Positions 41,300 through 59,656 of a stretch of DNA of 64,000 bases are shown one piece after another; within the stretch, counting starts at the first letter, position 1, and every line of letters begins with the position of its first letter. The position numbers and the translations under genes were made by a program. The stretch covers positions 156,178,001 to 156,242,000 of the forward strand of contig OZ024741.1 in NCBI GenBank assembly GCA_964016885.1. Direction: 5' to 3'. The DNA is from Eledone cirrhosa (lineage: Eukaryota). The notes beneath the pieces are model-generated. The model was not told where the DNA came from and searched no databases. It worked only from the letters and a program-made list of their open reading frames with translations.

Positions 41300-41990
41300 A
41301 ATAATTGTTTCTACTTTTTGGCACAAGGCCAGCAATTATCCCAGTGTATTACTGCTATTTTATTTTATCGACCCCGTAAGGATGAAAGGCAAAGTTAACC
41401 TGCTTTGACCCTTAACGGGATCATCTGCAACTAAAAGAAAATCAGTCTGTGAACGCAGAAGTAATTATTTCGAAACACGTTGCAGCCGAAGGAAAACAAG
41501 AATACGATACTTTGGTTCGTAAAGACGTTCCCTGGCAATGTACAGAAAAAACGAAGATAATACGTCGTTATGTGGATCAATGAGAACAATTACACGCAAA
41601 GACAAAACCACGTTTATTGTATAAATGTAGTCATTTGAGTAATATTCTATTTAGGAAACCGAATGATTCTCGCCTTCGGAGTTAAGAATAATTGTTTCTA
41701 CTTTAGTCACAAGGCCAGCAATTACCCAGTACATTACTGGTACTTTATTTTATCGACCCCGTATGTAAATAAATTAGTAGAACAAAAATGACAGAGGTTA
41801 TTAAAATCATACAATTTATAATTGTTTCTACTTTTGGCACAAGGCCAGCAATTATCCCAGTGTATTACCCCGTAAGGATGAAATGCAAAGTTAACCTCGG
41901 CAGGATTTGAACACAGTCCATAAAGGGACATAACTGTGCTGCAAAGCATGGCGTCCGACCCTCTACCGATACTGCCAATCCACCGCCAAA
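41300..41990 (-). mobile_element. Cluster of tRNA-type SINE pieces (41300-41400, 41690-41762, 41820-41990)
   Basis: Repeated ttgtttctactttt(g)gcacaaggccagcaatta and tttatcgaccccgtaaggatgaaaggcaaagttaacc, as at 33.8 and 53.3 kb. Confidence 0.8.
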
Positions 41991-42159
41991 CCTAAAATTA
42001 ATAATGATTAAATATATACATACACACATCTATAAACGTGCATACGCTAAAACACACGCCATACATACATATACATGCACATACATATAAACACGCGCAC
42101 ACGTACGTTAACCCGGCGCGACACATATACCCGCACACATACGAATGTATACACCAAAT

Positions 42160-42313
<154 letters not shown>

Positions 42314-43564
42314 ATATAATTATATATATAACGGTTGCAACGTTTTTCAAAATAATCTACTTCTGCGTTCACAGATTGATTTTTTATAGTCTCAGAAGAT
42401 CCCGTTAAGGGTGAAAGCAGCGATACTTGCTTAATCTTTAATCTGTTATTTTAATATATATATATATATATACATACATATATATATATATATATAGTAA
42501 TAATAATAAATTTGAAGACTAAAATCCAAAGAGGGCTCAATAAGCAGCGATTCTTTGCTTAAACTTTAATCTGTTATTTTAATAAATATATATATACATA
42601 CATACATATATATATATATATATGTAGATAAATCTACCAAGAGTTTACGGTAGTGTCCAATCCGTATGAAGAACTCAATGTAATCCGGATATCATGGAAA
42701 GAAGAGATGCAATGAAAAATCACTTTCGGTGAAAGATAAACGGAATACAGAGTCAAGATAAAATATTAAAAAAATAATGAATAAAACAATGAAACAGTTC
42801 CTTATATTAAACAAAAAAAGTTCATTATTTAACGATCGTTTCTAGGATATATATGTATTAGAATTGGCATGCATATTCAACAGATCTATGTACAAAATTA
42901 TACAAAATTATACAAACTATCAAAATTAAATATACATACCAACACATATATATGCCGTCTTCAGAAATAATGAAATATATTTATTGATAATAACAACAAT
43001 TCAAAATTACAGGTCTGTTTGGGAACAAAGTTCAAATTGACCAATGAAAACACAAAAAGTTTATACAGTTAGGTGTATGTATATATGTAAGTAACTTCGT
43101 TCACAGATATGCATACAAATATATGTTCACATGCATACGCATGCCGAAAAGATGTATGTAAATACAAAAATTCAGGGCTAATGTCTCTGTATGTTTATAA
43201 TCTACAGATAAAATACGTATACGCATATAAACATATAAATATAAAAATAAATATATACACATTCATATACTCACACATATACATACATTCACACACACAC
43301 GCGCGTATACGCATAAACATACACACAACCACGAACATACATACACACACACACTCCCACACACATATATGTGTATATACTATTATCATAAGCATATGGA
43401 CATTAATGCGCGCACATAAACACTGCCACACATATTTAGATCCAGATACAGAAAGTAGGTCGGGGGGGGGAGGTCAGTATTTAGTGGTGTCAGCAAACTG
43501 CCTATTTATAAATGTATCTATAAATTTAGAAATAAAAAGAAAAAGAAAAAAGAAAAATATTAAG

Positions 43565-43630
<66 letters not shown>

Positions 43631-43667
43631 AACAAGTAAAATATAAAATATACATCGATATACATAC

Positions 43668-43746
<79 letters not shown>

Positions 43747-43941
43747 CATATACATACACATATACATAAACACATACATACACATACATATACATACACA
43801 CACCATATAAATACATATACACATACACACACGCATACATATAGAGACACATACACATACACATATAAATACATAGACATATACATATATACACACATAT
43901 ATATCTACATATACACACATAGATATATACATACATTCACA

Positions 43942-43993
<52 letters not shown>

Positions 43994-44064
43994 ATATATA
44001 TATACATATATCTATACACATACATAAACACACTCATGTATATACACACATACATATACATACC

Positions 44065-44101
<37 letters not shown>

Positions 44102-44103
<2 letters not shown>

Positions 44104-44702
44104 TGGCTGCCAACTCGTTTTCGAGTACGGCCACTACTTTATATCCATGTAGGAGAACCCCTACCGATGCGCTAAACAAGTGTGACTTTTAGTCCAGCCA
44201 GCGACTTGAAAACTCTGGTACAAACACTACACCTGTGACAATTATTGACACATAGTGTTGGGCCCTTGGTACCATGTGACGACAAGTGTAGAGAGATCTC
44301 CAGATATAAAGCAATGCCTGTGCCGTGAAGCTTTTATAGTGAGCAAAGGCACTGCACAAAGCCAGTCCCACTCTCTTAACCAAGATGATATTTAGCAAAA
44401 AGAAGAATAAGTCAACATCATTGGATACCATCAGGGTTGCAGGTGTTATATCAGAGTTTTCCTTCTCTTAGAATTCTGCCTTGACAAAGGCTAAGGGGTC
44501 ATCTCTCCCGGTGATTTTGGATGGCCATTGACTCTTAAGAGCTCCTTTGGCAGGTTTTGTTTTTAGTCCTGCAGGATGTCCAAAGTCACCCTCCTCACCA
44601 AGAAACCTTGGTGGGGTTGCCAGTTTAGTCGCCAACGACCCGACCATGGGACAGGTTGTACTGGGATACATGTTACCAGTAGCACCAACTGGTGACCTGA
44701 CA
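44102..44702 (-). mobile_element. About 600-bp non-coding interspersed repeat, copy 2
   Basis: Colinear with 17056-17660. Flanked by (TA)n. Confidence 0.7.
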
Positions 44703-44705
44703 TAA

Positions 44706-44739
<34 letters not shown>

Positions 44740-44771
44740 ATACACACATATACACATACACACATACAAAG

Positions 44772-44808
<37 letters not shown>

Positions 44809-45122
44809 TATATATATATATACACATATATATATATACACATACATACATATACATACTCATACATAGATATACATATATACACACACATACACACATA
44901 CATATACGCATATATACACATACATACACATCCATGTATGCGTATACACATACAAACACAACCACACGCTCACACAACTCAGACATACATAAATAAAGGG
45001 ATATACATACACATATATACATATATAAATAGAGATACATATACACATATAAATATATACACACATACACACACACACATATACATACACACACATACAC
45101 ACATACATATATATACACACAC

Positions 45123-45209
<87 letters not shown>

Positions 45210-45303
45210 TATATAAAAATAAAGAAATAAAATAAATAAATAAATAAATAAACTAATACACACAGTCAGACAAATATGCACAGACATACATATACACACA
45301 TAT

Positions 45304-45384
<81 letters not shown>

Positions 45385-45444
45385 CATACATATATATATA
45401 CACATACACACATCAACTACAAATATATATATATATATATATAG

Positions 45445-45821
45445 AAAGTTATACTTAAACTGTTGGGTTACAACTAGTAAATATTTATAAATGATATAAA
45501 AGCACTCAACAAGTATTTGGAGTATATTTACGATACTAAATAAATGGAAATTACATCTACAAAACCATATCTATCTCATCATACATACCTCAGGGACATC
45601 ACACTGACAATATGTTATGCCTTCCTCAGACAAAATACTGCCAAATCAACTTTTCAAATACAAGTCGATGTTGAACGGTATGTCAAATCTATTTATTTAT
45701 AAACTGTCTATATTGTATTTTGTCTGAAGAAGGCACAACACATCGTCAATATGACATCCCTGAAACATATATAATGAAACAAACATGGCCCTACAAATAC
45801 AGCCCCCATTCATTCAATATC

Positions 45822-45823
<2 letters not shown>
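45445..45823 (-). mobile_element. Short HHR-bearing PLE fold-back element, hypermutated (A>G on the minus strand)
   Basis: 45530-45638 is inverted at 45715-45823. Homologous to 21181-21290 and 25176-25310. Tail on the left, (TA)n flanks. Confidence 0.88.
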
Positions 45824-45890
<67 letters not shown>

Positions 45891-46007
45891 CACACACTCA
45901 CATATACATGCGCACATACGTACATATATACACATACACACATATACACATAGACGTATATATGCGCATACATATACATACACACATATACCCACATAAA
46001 TACATAG

Positions 46008-46038
<31 letters not shown>

Positions 46039-46039
46039 C

Positions 46040-46086
<47 letters not shown>

Positions 46087-46920
46087 ATCATACACCCTTA
46101 TTTACATGCGCACATATGTATTTTTATACTCACATACAAACACCCAAACATACATACCTACCTACATATACATACATACATCCACGCTTACAAATACAAA
46201 TAATAATAGGGGGGAAGGGGGGGGGATTATAGTAAATATAGGTTTCAAGAAACATAGAATATTAATCTGCATTTAGATCATAATATGTGTTTACATAGTA
46301 GTTTCAGTATTAGGAAATGTAAGAAAGAAGGCAAAATTATGCATTTTAATATAAGTAGACTATTAATTATAGGTTAACTAAATTAAAGATAGTTAATATA
46401 TTGATTTCTAAGGTGTATACTACTTAGGTTTATAATATTTGAAGCGGAATTTTGAAGTTAAATAGTAGTAGAGTATTAATTATAGTATAACTAAATTAAA
46501 ATTATTAACGTTATGGTATCAATATTAGGAAATGAATTTAGTAATAGGGAAAAAAACCAAATAAAGTATTACATCGGTAGTAGAATATAAATTATAGGTT
46601 AACTAAATTAAAAATTATATATTAATTTCTATAGTATATGTTAATTAGGTTTATAATAATTAAAATAGATATTGTATTTTATCTATAGTAGAATATAATT
46701 ATAGGTAAACAGAAATTAAAATTAATATATACACATATATATATACACATATATATATATATCTTGGTACATCTACATATGTATACGTGTGTGTATTCAT
46801 ATACATACTAGTATTTCAGTATACATATATGGATGTACATCTTTAACTTAATTGTTTAAGCCTCAGTCATACAAAAGTGAGTTACAAACGAAACGAAATT
46901 TAATTTCGTTTCGTTATTTG

Positions 46921-47042
<122 letters not shown>

Positions 47043-47544
47043 CATATACACATATATATACACATATTTTTTCAAAAATTGCAAAGAATATATTAACTAG
47101 GTATACATCCAAAACCTATCTCATTCTATGATTACATGACACTCTGCAATCCATCTGTATTAGGATTTTAATTTTAAGCCAATTAAATTAAATTTTTAGG
47201 TTAACCAAATTAAATCAAATTATAAATATATTTCTAAAATGTACGATAATTAGGTCTATAATATTAAAAAATATTTCTCTGTCATTGAATACACGATATT
47301 TTGTTATATTTAATCTGTAAAGGAATTTTAATAAAAGGTTAAATAAATTAAAATTAATCTATAAATTAATTTACGAAGTATATATTAGTAATATTTAAAA
47401 GTTTTTCACAATTTATGATTACACAATATTTTATAATCTCATCTGTAGTAGAATTTTAATTAAATTAAATTTATAGGTTAACTAACATTTAAATTAAATT
47501 AAATTAAATTATATATTAATTGTTGTTATTATCAATAAATATAT

Positions 47545-47698
47545 TTCATTATTTCTGAAGACGGCATATATATGTGTTGGTATGTATATTTAATTTTGAT
47601 AGTTTGTATAATTTTGTATAATTTTGTACATAGATCTGTTGAATATGCATGCCAATTCTAACACATATATATCCTAGAAACGATCGTTAAATAATGAA
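47545..47698 (+). ncRNA. Hammerhead motif with extended stem II (mirror at about 42820-42975, minus strand)
   Basis: uucauuauuu CUGAAGA (47555), long hairpin, GAAA (47677) cgaucg UU aaauaaugaa. Perfect 10-bp stem I. Confidence 0.7.
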
Positions 47699-47752
47699 CT
47701 TTTTTTGTTTAATATAAGGAACTGTTTCATTGTTTTATTCATTATTTTTTTA

Positions 47753-47785
<33 letters not shown>

Positions 47786-47869
47786 TAATAATAATAAATT
47801 TGAAGACTAAAATCCAAAGAGGGCTCAATAAGCAGCGATTCTTTGCTTAAACTTTAATCTGTTAATTTA

Positions 47870-47900
<31 letters not shown>

Positions 47901-47911
47901 TAAAAAAATAA

Positions 47912-47991
<80 letters not shown>

Positions 47992-48439
47992 TATATATAT
48001 TAGTGAGGGTCGAAATTTTATATTCTGATTCCACATTATGCTTGGTGTAAGAAATAAATTAACAAATTTTAAAAAGTATGCGATGCCATAGCCACCCTAA
48101 TTCTGCGTTTTGAATACCGAAAATTTAAGGAACTGTAAACTTATTTTAATGCTATTGACTTTGCATTGATTAAATATTTCCTATATAACTTTTTATAAAT
48201 TATATGCAAACCCCCCTACCTGAAAAAGCAGTTATTGGAATATATTTATTTATATAGTTTCTATTAATGTTTTAACTAAAAAATGCCTGTATTAAGAAAA
48301 GCACTTTCAACGTAAAAATATGAAAATTCTTAATGACTATTATGATATGCAATAACAAATATATGCACGAACCTTAAACGAAATACATGAACAGTGAACA
48401 CCATAAAATAAGCATTAATAGTATTTACTATTTAATTAA

Positions 48440-49650
48440 ATGACTATTGTCTTTTCCAGTCAAAGTGAGGTAAAATTTGTCGTGATTTCTGTACACTTAA
48501 TATGAATTTGTGCCAATTTTCGTAGCCTATTCTGACTTCAGAAGATTTTGTCACTAAATTGATCGCATGCTCGACTCCATGGCTATGACAGTGAAGAGGT
48601 ATTGCTATTAATGGTCCTGAACGAGTTTTAAGAAGATAAACATTTGTAAAGTTCCGTAAAACTGGAGGGGATGTTTAATTTCATTTTCCCAGTTAATCAA
48701 ATCAATATAATCTTGTGCTTCAAATTTAATTTTGCTTGGTAGTTTGTAATTTCTTAATTCTTCAAGGAGCATTCACGGAAGTTTCTTGCTTTAATAATTC
48801 GCTGAATTGCTACTTCCCTAGTTTGTCTTCTTCCATCATTCAGCATAGTCAGTAAAATATTCTCCGGATGGGCAAAATATGAATTAGTTTTTAACGATTT
48901 CTCCATAACTTCTTTATGATCTTGGTTCATATCTTGCATTAGATGTGCCATATACCAAACATTACTTGCTCCTTCATGTAAATTTGGATGAGATTTAATC
49001 CCAAACCAGCTTGGAGCATAAACTTAAGTTATTATTTTAACAAGATCCCTAATATTCTTTTGGGGATTTTTTTCCGAAACATATAAGCGAAGAATTCGGT
49101 TTGCGCGTGTTAACCACCTTGCATGATGGATTTTACCAGGTGATCTTGCTGCTAACTGCTCAGAAACAAACCCTGAGGCACATTTCATACAGATATTTTT
49201 GATCTGAGCTTAAAGTGTCAACAACCTCTAATGGTAATTTTTACTGGAGAAAATTTGATTATCTTTAAGTTTGTTACATCTACTTTAATTTTATTGCCAA
49301 TTAAGCCTTTTGATGTTAATTGAACTCCTCTAATTTCTTATCAAAACTATCTCCTTGATAGGTATTTTGTTTAATTTATAAGCAGATTCAATCAATCTCT
49401 CAATTTCTAGAGCTATTCCCTTAAACCCAATATAAGGAAAAGAAAATTTGTCCCATATTGATTGCACATCTGCAGCAACAATCCGGTGGCATTCTTTCGC
49501 TGTGGGTGAAGTTTTTGATATCTGTTCTTTACGTTTTCTTATGTATAAATAATGTCGGAATACATCAGCCTTTGATGGGGTCATTGCTGTAGGAAATTCT
49601 GCAAGAAATCCAAATGCTGAGTTACGGCTTTGACTTCTAGTTGCCATTAT
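48440..49650 (-). pseudogene. Decayed DNA-transposon transposase (hAT/hATm-like)
   Basis: Fragments SSDQKYL, PGKIHHARWLTRANRILRLY, YAPSWFGIK, FAHPENILLTML, LNFEAQDYIDLINW and CHSHGVE. Superfamily assigned from memory. Confidence 0.7.
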
Positions 49651-50199
49651 ATCATTTTATATACTTAAATTATTACAGCTTAAATTTACGCAGGTATTAA
49701 AGCAAAATTATAATACAATTTAGCTCTGACATAATCTGAAAAACAAGAGAAAATTATTTAATAAATGTATTCATTTTCTAAAAAATATTCATTTTACACA
49801 TATTGAAAAGTTGTAATTTTACCATGTTGGAGGGGTACCTACCTACCAATTGTCTTATATCTCAATCAGATGTTTTAAACAAGATTTCTACAGTGAAATA
49901 TGATCAAATGTTTTATATCCATATGCAATTTAGTATATATGCGTTAGAGATTATATGATTAATATAGAAAATTAGGGTATTTAATTGTGGTGGGGTGTAT
50001 GCGAGGGGTACGAAGGGGTCACATAACCCTAATTTTCATGTATTTTATTTAGAATACTATTTGAAACACTGTGCACACTATGGAATTAAGGTTCCTTTAA
50101 AATGGTTGTGTTTCGCCCCCCCCCCTTCCGCAATAATGTATATATATGAGTGTGTGAGTATGTGTGACCATGTATATATATATATATATATATTCTACA

Positions 50200-51140
50200 G
50201 TGCAAGGCGCATACAATAGTCCAATACGATGATAAAAAGGTAGGGAACCAATGTCTCTCCCTGGAGCACTCCAGCCAGTATCTCAAAGAACTCTGTCATC
50301 CCATCAGGTGTAATGACTCTGGCTTTACTGAAGCACCGGCTCAGAGCAGGAGAGTTAAGGCGAAAAAGATATCGGATGCTGAATTTGCAGAAGCCATAGT
50401 TTTGGTGACAAATACAGTGAAGGAGGCAGAGGATTTGATGCAGGAGGTTGAGACTGTGTCGATGAGTGTGGGGTTGGGAATGAATGAGACTAAAACAAAA
50501 TATCTGGTAGAGAATGTTGAGAAGCCAGAGGAGATCACTAATGTAGGCGGCAAGTCGCTAGAATTGGTTGAGGACTTCCTGTATTTGGGAGCAAAGATTG
50601 GGAATACGGAAGATGATGTGGTTGAGAGGAAGAGCAAGGCCTGGGCGGTGTGCCACAGTTTGAGATCGGTGTGGAAGTCGGACCTTCGTAAAGATCTGAA
50701 AATCCGCCTCTTCATTGCTGTAGTGGAATCTGTGCTGCTATACGGATCTGAGACTTGGACACTGACCAAGAAACTCACTCAGATGGTGGATGGGTGCTAC
50801 ACGAAAATGCTGAGGATGGCTCTGAACATTAATCAGTATACTCTGAGGATGAAAAACTCAGAGCTGTATGGGAGCCTCCCAAAAGTCAGCTCAAAAGTGA
50901 CACAGAGGAGACTGAGGTTAGCTGCTCACCGACATCCAGAGTTGACACAGCACTCAGAGCTCCTGTGGGAGCCCCTACATGGACACCATGGAAGAGGAAG
51001 ACCAAGGTTAACGTATGTTGATGCCCTAAGGACAGAGACTAGTCTGTTAGAGACACAGGACATGGCAGCGATAATTAGGGACAGAGAGCGCTGGAGAGAA
51101 CTCGTCCATGGATCTCGGGAATTTTACCCGCCCTAGAAGA
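50200..51140 (+). mobile_element. RTE-clade LINE 3' fragment with inverted 5' segment
   Basis: Plus strand: EDFLYLG, ESVLLYGSETW, LLWEP..RGRP. Minus strand 50203-50330: ARVITPDG..FEILAGVLQGETLVPYLFIIVLDY. Confidence 0.9.
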
Positions 51141-51165
51141 AAAAAAATATATATATGTTTATGGG

Positions 51166-51503
<338 letters not shown>

Positions 51504-51541
51504 TATATACCATATACAATGCTTCAAGTAAACTACAAATT

Positions 51542-51642
<101 letters not shown>

Positions 51643-52018
51643 GCGGCGATGAACTAGTTTTGCGAGGTTTTTTATATGAAATCGTGTGTCGAAACAGATA
51701 TTGTTATATTTGGGGAGGGTCATATTTGCGTAATATTGCCAGAATTAATAACAGGAGGAACAATGAATATAACACCACTGACGATGTTGCAGATGTGCAA
51801 CGAAAGATTTATGTAAACTATATATATATGTGTTTGTCTATATTGTATCTGTATTATTTTTGACCGCCGGTCAGTCAATGGCAACATTGAGGACCGAGTA
51901 AGTTAGATCGCAGATATATATATATAAAAGACAGCGAGAAGCGAAAACCAACCAAACAGTGAGTGTGTTCTGTTATTAATTCTGGCAATATTACGCAAAT
52001 ATGACCCTCCCCAAATAT

Positions 52019-52025
<7 letters not shown>
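51643..52025. mobile_element. Short PLE-derived element with about 55-bp inverted ends, a tail and an HHR-like core
   Basis: 51699-51753 is inverted at 51968-52025. CTGACGA-t-gttgca-gatg-tgcaac-GAAA at 51778-51805. Ends resemble 40693 and 41190-41240. Confidence 0.7.
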
Positions 52026-52088
<63 letters not shown>

Positions 52089-52097
52089 CTATATGTA

Positions 52098-52162
<65 letters not shown>

Positions 52163-52280
52163 CCATATATGTATATATGTATATATGTATATATATATAT
52201 ATATGCATATAGATATGTCCCAAGGCTCTGATACCATCAACACTATAAACACAGAGCTGGCATATCTAAGAACTGACTAG

Positions 52281-52334
52281 CTGCCTAATGAGGTCATAGC
52301 CATTCAATGGCTATCATCGAAATATATATAGCAG
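52281..52334 (+). ncRNA. Decayed hammerhead motif
   Basis: cugc CUAAUGA ..auagcc-auucaau-ggcuau.. GAAA uauaua UA gcag. One core substitution (G>A). Confidence 0.5.
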
Positions 52335-52376
52335 TAAATAAAGGATTATGAGTTCATGCAATTGACTTATGTTTCG

Positions 52377-52672
<296 letters not shown>

Positions 52673-52757
52673 AACATACACATATGTATACAGCTATATT
52701 GAAGCGAGCACGTTAATTCTATACATACATACATACATACGTAGATACATACATACA

Positions 52758-53100
52758 AGGAACAGAAAGAACACAACTAGTTAGGAAATTACAAGTAAAA
52801 TCCATTAATGGAACAGGAAAAATATGTAAAACATTCCAAAACTTTTGCATCTAATAACTGCATATACATATGCACAGATATAAAGCATATACACATGCAC
52901 ACATACAGCTCAAAACATACACATCCACACATACAATAACATCCATATCTACACATGCATGCATGCAGACAATCAGACATGCAGACATAATCTACCTAGT
53001 TGATGTTGTGTAAATTCCAATCAGAGAGAGAGTCTTGTGTCTATGATAGAAACCGACTCTCTCTATTGGCAAAAATTTGTGAAATTATAAAACCTGAAGA
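52758..53100 (+). mobile_element. R4/Dong-type family D, short 3' fragment in (TACA)n
   Basis: Matches 36447-36763. (TACA)n on both sides. Confidence 0.88.
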
Positions 53101-53304
53101 ATACATACATACATACATATACATATGTACCGATTGTGTTGTTATTTCTGTTTACCTTTTACATACATATATATATATATATAAATATTGTCGCCACAAT
53201 GCAGGTATGTATATTAATAGCGAATAACTATAAATAATAGTTCGCTAAATGGGATAATATATCCCAGGAGATAATTATATATAGTCATTGATTATTATTA
53301 TTAT

Positions 53305-53445
53305 AGTTAACCTCGGCGGGATTTGCCATTCTGAGTTCAAATCCCACCGAGGTTAACTTTGCCTTCATCCTTACGGAGTTGATAAAATAAAGTACCAGTA
53401 ATGTACTGATAATTGCTGGCCTTGTGCCAATACTAGAACAAAATT
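53305..53445 (+). mobile_element. tRNA-type SINE fragment
   Basis: gagttcaaatcccaccgaggttaactttgcc..gataaaataaagtaccag..ggccttgtgccaa. Confidence 0.8.
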
Positions 53446-53791
53446 ATTATTACAGTTCACCGCTTTGTGGCACCTGTATTTTTAAATTTACATTAGCTAT
53501 TTCTAATTAGTTAATTCTAGTAAATCATATATATATATATATATATATTTATGAGTCAAATAAGAACAGAAACACAAACCCTCCATCTTAATTTTACTTT
53601 TGAGAATCATGAGAATTGTGAAACCGGTAAAGTAACTAAATAAATATTCTTAAAAAACTGCAGTTACATTTCCAATTATTTTTTCAATTATTATAGTGGT
53701 AGAACACTGAAAGGTAATATCCGTAGTGGTAGAGTACTCAGTCCATGGGACGAGTTGGGTAGAACTGGTTACACACCAGTTAGTTCACCAT

Positions 53792-53828
53792 ACCGAGAAA
53801 CAATTGTTTCACCTCAGCGGATCCTCAG
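53792..53828 (-). ncRNA. Hammerhead motif, same family as 31062, with the 5' strand of stem I lost
   Basis: CUGAGGA u-cc-gcuga-gg-u GAAA caauug UU ucucgg. Confidence 0.55.
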
Positions 53829-53907
53829 TAAGTTAATTTTTATAATTTTCTTATTTTACGTCTTTCATATATATATATTTATATATATATATATGCATAT
53901 ATATATA

Positions 53908-54028
<121 letters not shown>

Positions 54029-54069
54029 GAAAGACGTAAAATAAGAAAATTATAAAAATTAACTTACTT

Positions 54070-57452
<3,383 letters not shown>

Positions 57453-57687
57453 TATAGTTATGTAATAAACAACATAAGGCAATTATTCCATTTACCAGTG
57501 GTTTCTTAAAAGCAAAAAAGTTTGCTTTCAATCCTCAGAATGAAAAAATCTTGGTCTGTTTATTGAATTTGGATTTTAAAAACAAAAATGCAATCTATAT
57601 GAAAGTGAGGCTGGAGAAAGAAGAAGGAAAGGAAAAATAAAACACACACACAAATACACACATACACAAAAGCATACATACACACAC

Positions 57688-57722
<35 letters not shown>

Positions 57723-57897
57723 CATACACTCATACATACACACACACATATACACAAATATATGTGTATATAAATACACACATACATACATATACACATA
57801 CATACATACGCATATAAATATCAACACATCCATACATACACATACATATATACAACCACACACACATATATACACACATATATATATAGAAATAGAC

Positions 57898-57960
<63 letters not shown>

Positions 57961-58421
57961 CATGCATACACATACACATACATAGCCATACACACATACA
58001 TATAAATACATACATACATGCACACAATCATACCTATATACACACGTACATACATACACATACATAAATGCGTACATATGCATGTACAAATTTAGAAAAA
58101 TATACACACCTCTACATATTCACACACGCAAATAAATATAAGAAAAAATATGTATAAAAAATAAAATAATAAACAGTTGACAGCGATACAAGCGACTAGT
58201 AGATGAACAGACACGCCTGGTAAGCAAACACACAAATGCACGTACACATACGTACGAAGAAGTAAATACATACACACACTCTCACACATAAATATACATA
58301 TACAAATACATAAACACATACATACACATACACAAATACATACACAAACACACACACACACACACACACATATACATATATACACACACATATACACATA
58401 CATATATATACATATATACAC

Positions 58422-58473
<52 letters not shown>

Positions 58474-58596
58474 ACACACACACACATACACACACATATA
58501 TATATATACATACACACACACATACATACATAGCTATACAATTATACACATACAAATACGTACATATCACAAACACGCACAACCAAATACAAACAC

Positions 58597-58664
<68 letters not shown>

Positions 58665-58982
58665 GTGTGTGTGTAAAACTCAATCTTAGATAATTCATAT
58701 GAACGTTATACATACATATATATAGTAGTAATGTAATAAACAACATAAGGCAATTATTCGAAAGTATATACTTTCCTTATGAAAACTGTATACATATATG
58801 TATGTACGTATACATACATACTTACATTTAAGTAAGTGCCGTACTAAGAGTGAGAAATGAAATTTCGTTTCATTATATTACAACTTATCGTTTTCGGTAC
58901 GCCTGGCCGACTGAACTCACTCGATATGCAAATTAGGCTGCTCAGCCGTTAATTTTTATAAGGAAAGTATATACTTTCGAAC

Positions 58983-59069
58983 GTTCAACTATCTGGCAGA
59001 AGGGTATACGGTGCTGATGATAGCTAAGAAGCTTGAAACTAGTACATCGTTCCTGTGTCAGTGTTGAAC
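58983..59069 (+). ncRNA. Intact minimal type I hammerhead ribozyme with extended stem I
   Basis: acggug CUGAUGA(59014) u-agc-uaagaa-gcu-u GAAA(59035) cuag UA caucgu. Outer pairs cuggca/ugucag and guucaac/guugaac. Confidence 0.85.
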
Positions 59070-59215
59070 AAAAAGGTGACGTGGTTGCCTTAACACCGTA
59101 TGGCATAAATCAGGCTGTCCGCTTGTTTACAAACGGACAAAGCGGGCGTTATAATAAATGTCCGCTAAACTGCTACGTACATATATATATGTGTACCTGT
59201 ATGTATATATGTATA

Positions 59216-59287
<72 letters not shown>

Positions 59288-59337
59288 TGCTACTGTACGT
59301 CTGTATACATATATGTATGTACGTATACATACATACT

Positions 59338-59368
<31 letters not shown>

Positions 59369-59371
59369 GTA

Positions 59372-59467
<96 letters not shown>

Positions 59468-59491
59468 GATATATTTATATAAATATATATA

Positions 59492-59522
<31 letters not shown>

Positions 59523-59549
59523 TTAGATATATTTATATAAATATATATA

Positions 59550-59595
<46 letters not shown>

Positions 59596-59610
59596 GATAT
59601 ATTTATATAA

Positions 59611-59656
<46 letters not shown>

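Noticed and set aside
48085-50130. Terminal inverted repeats of the transposase remnant
   Set aside because: Candidate caccctaa and ttaagg/ttaggg motifs face the wrong way or do not pair, so ends were not called.
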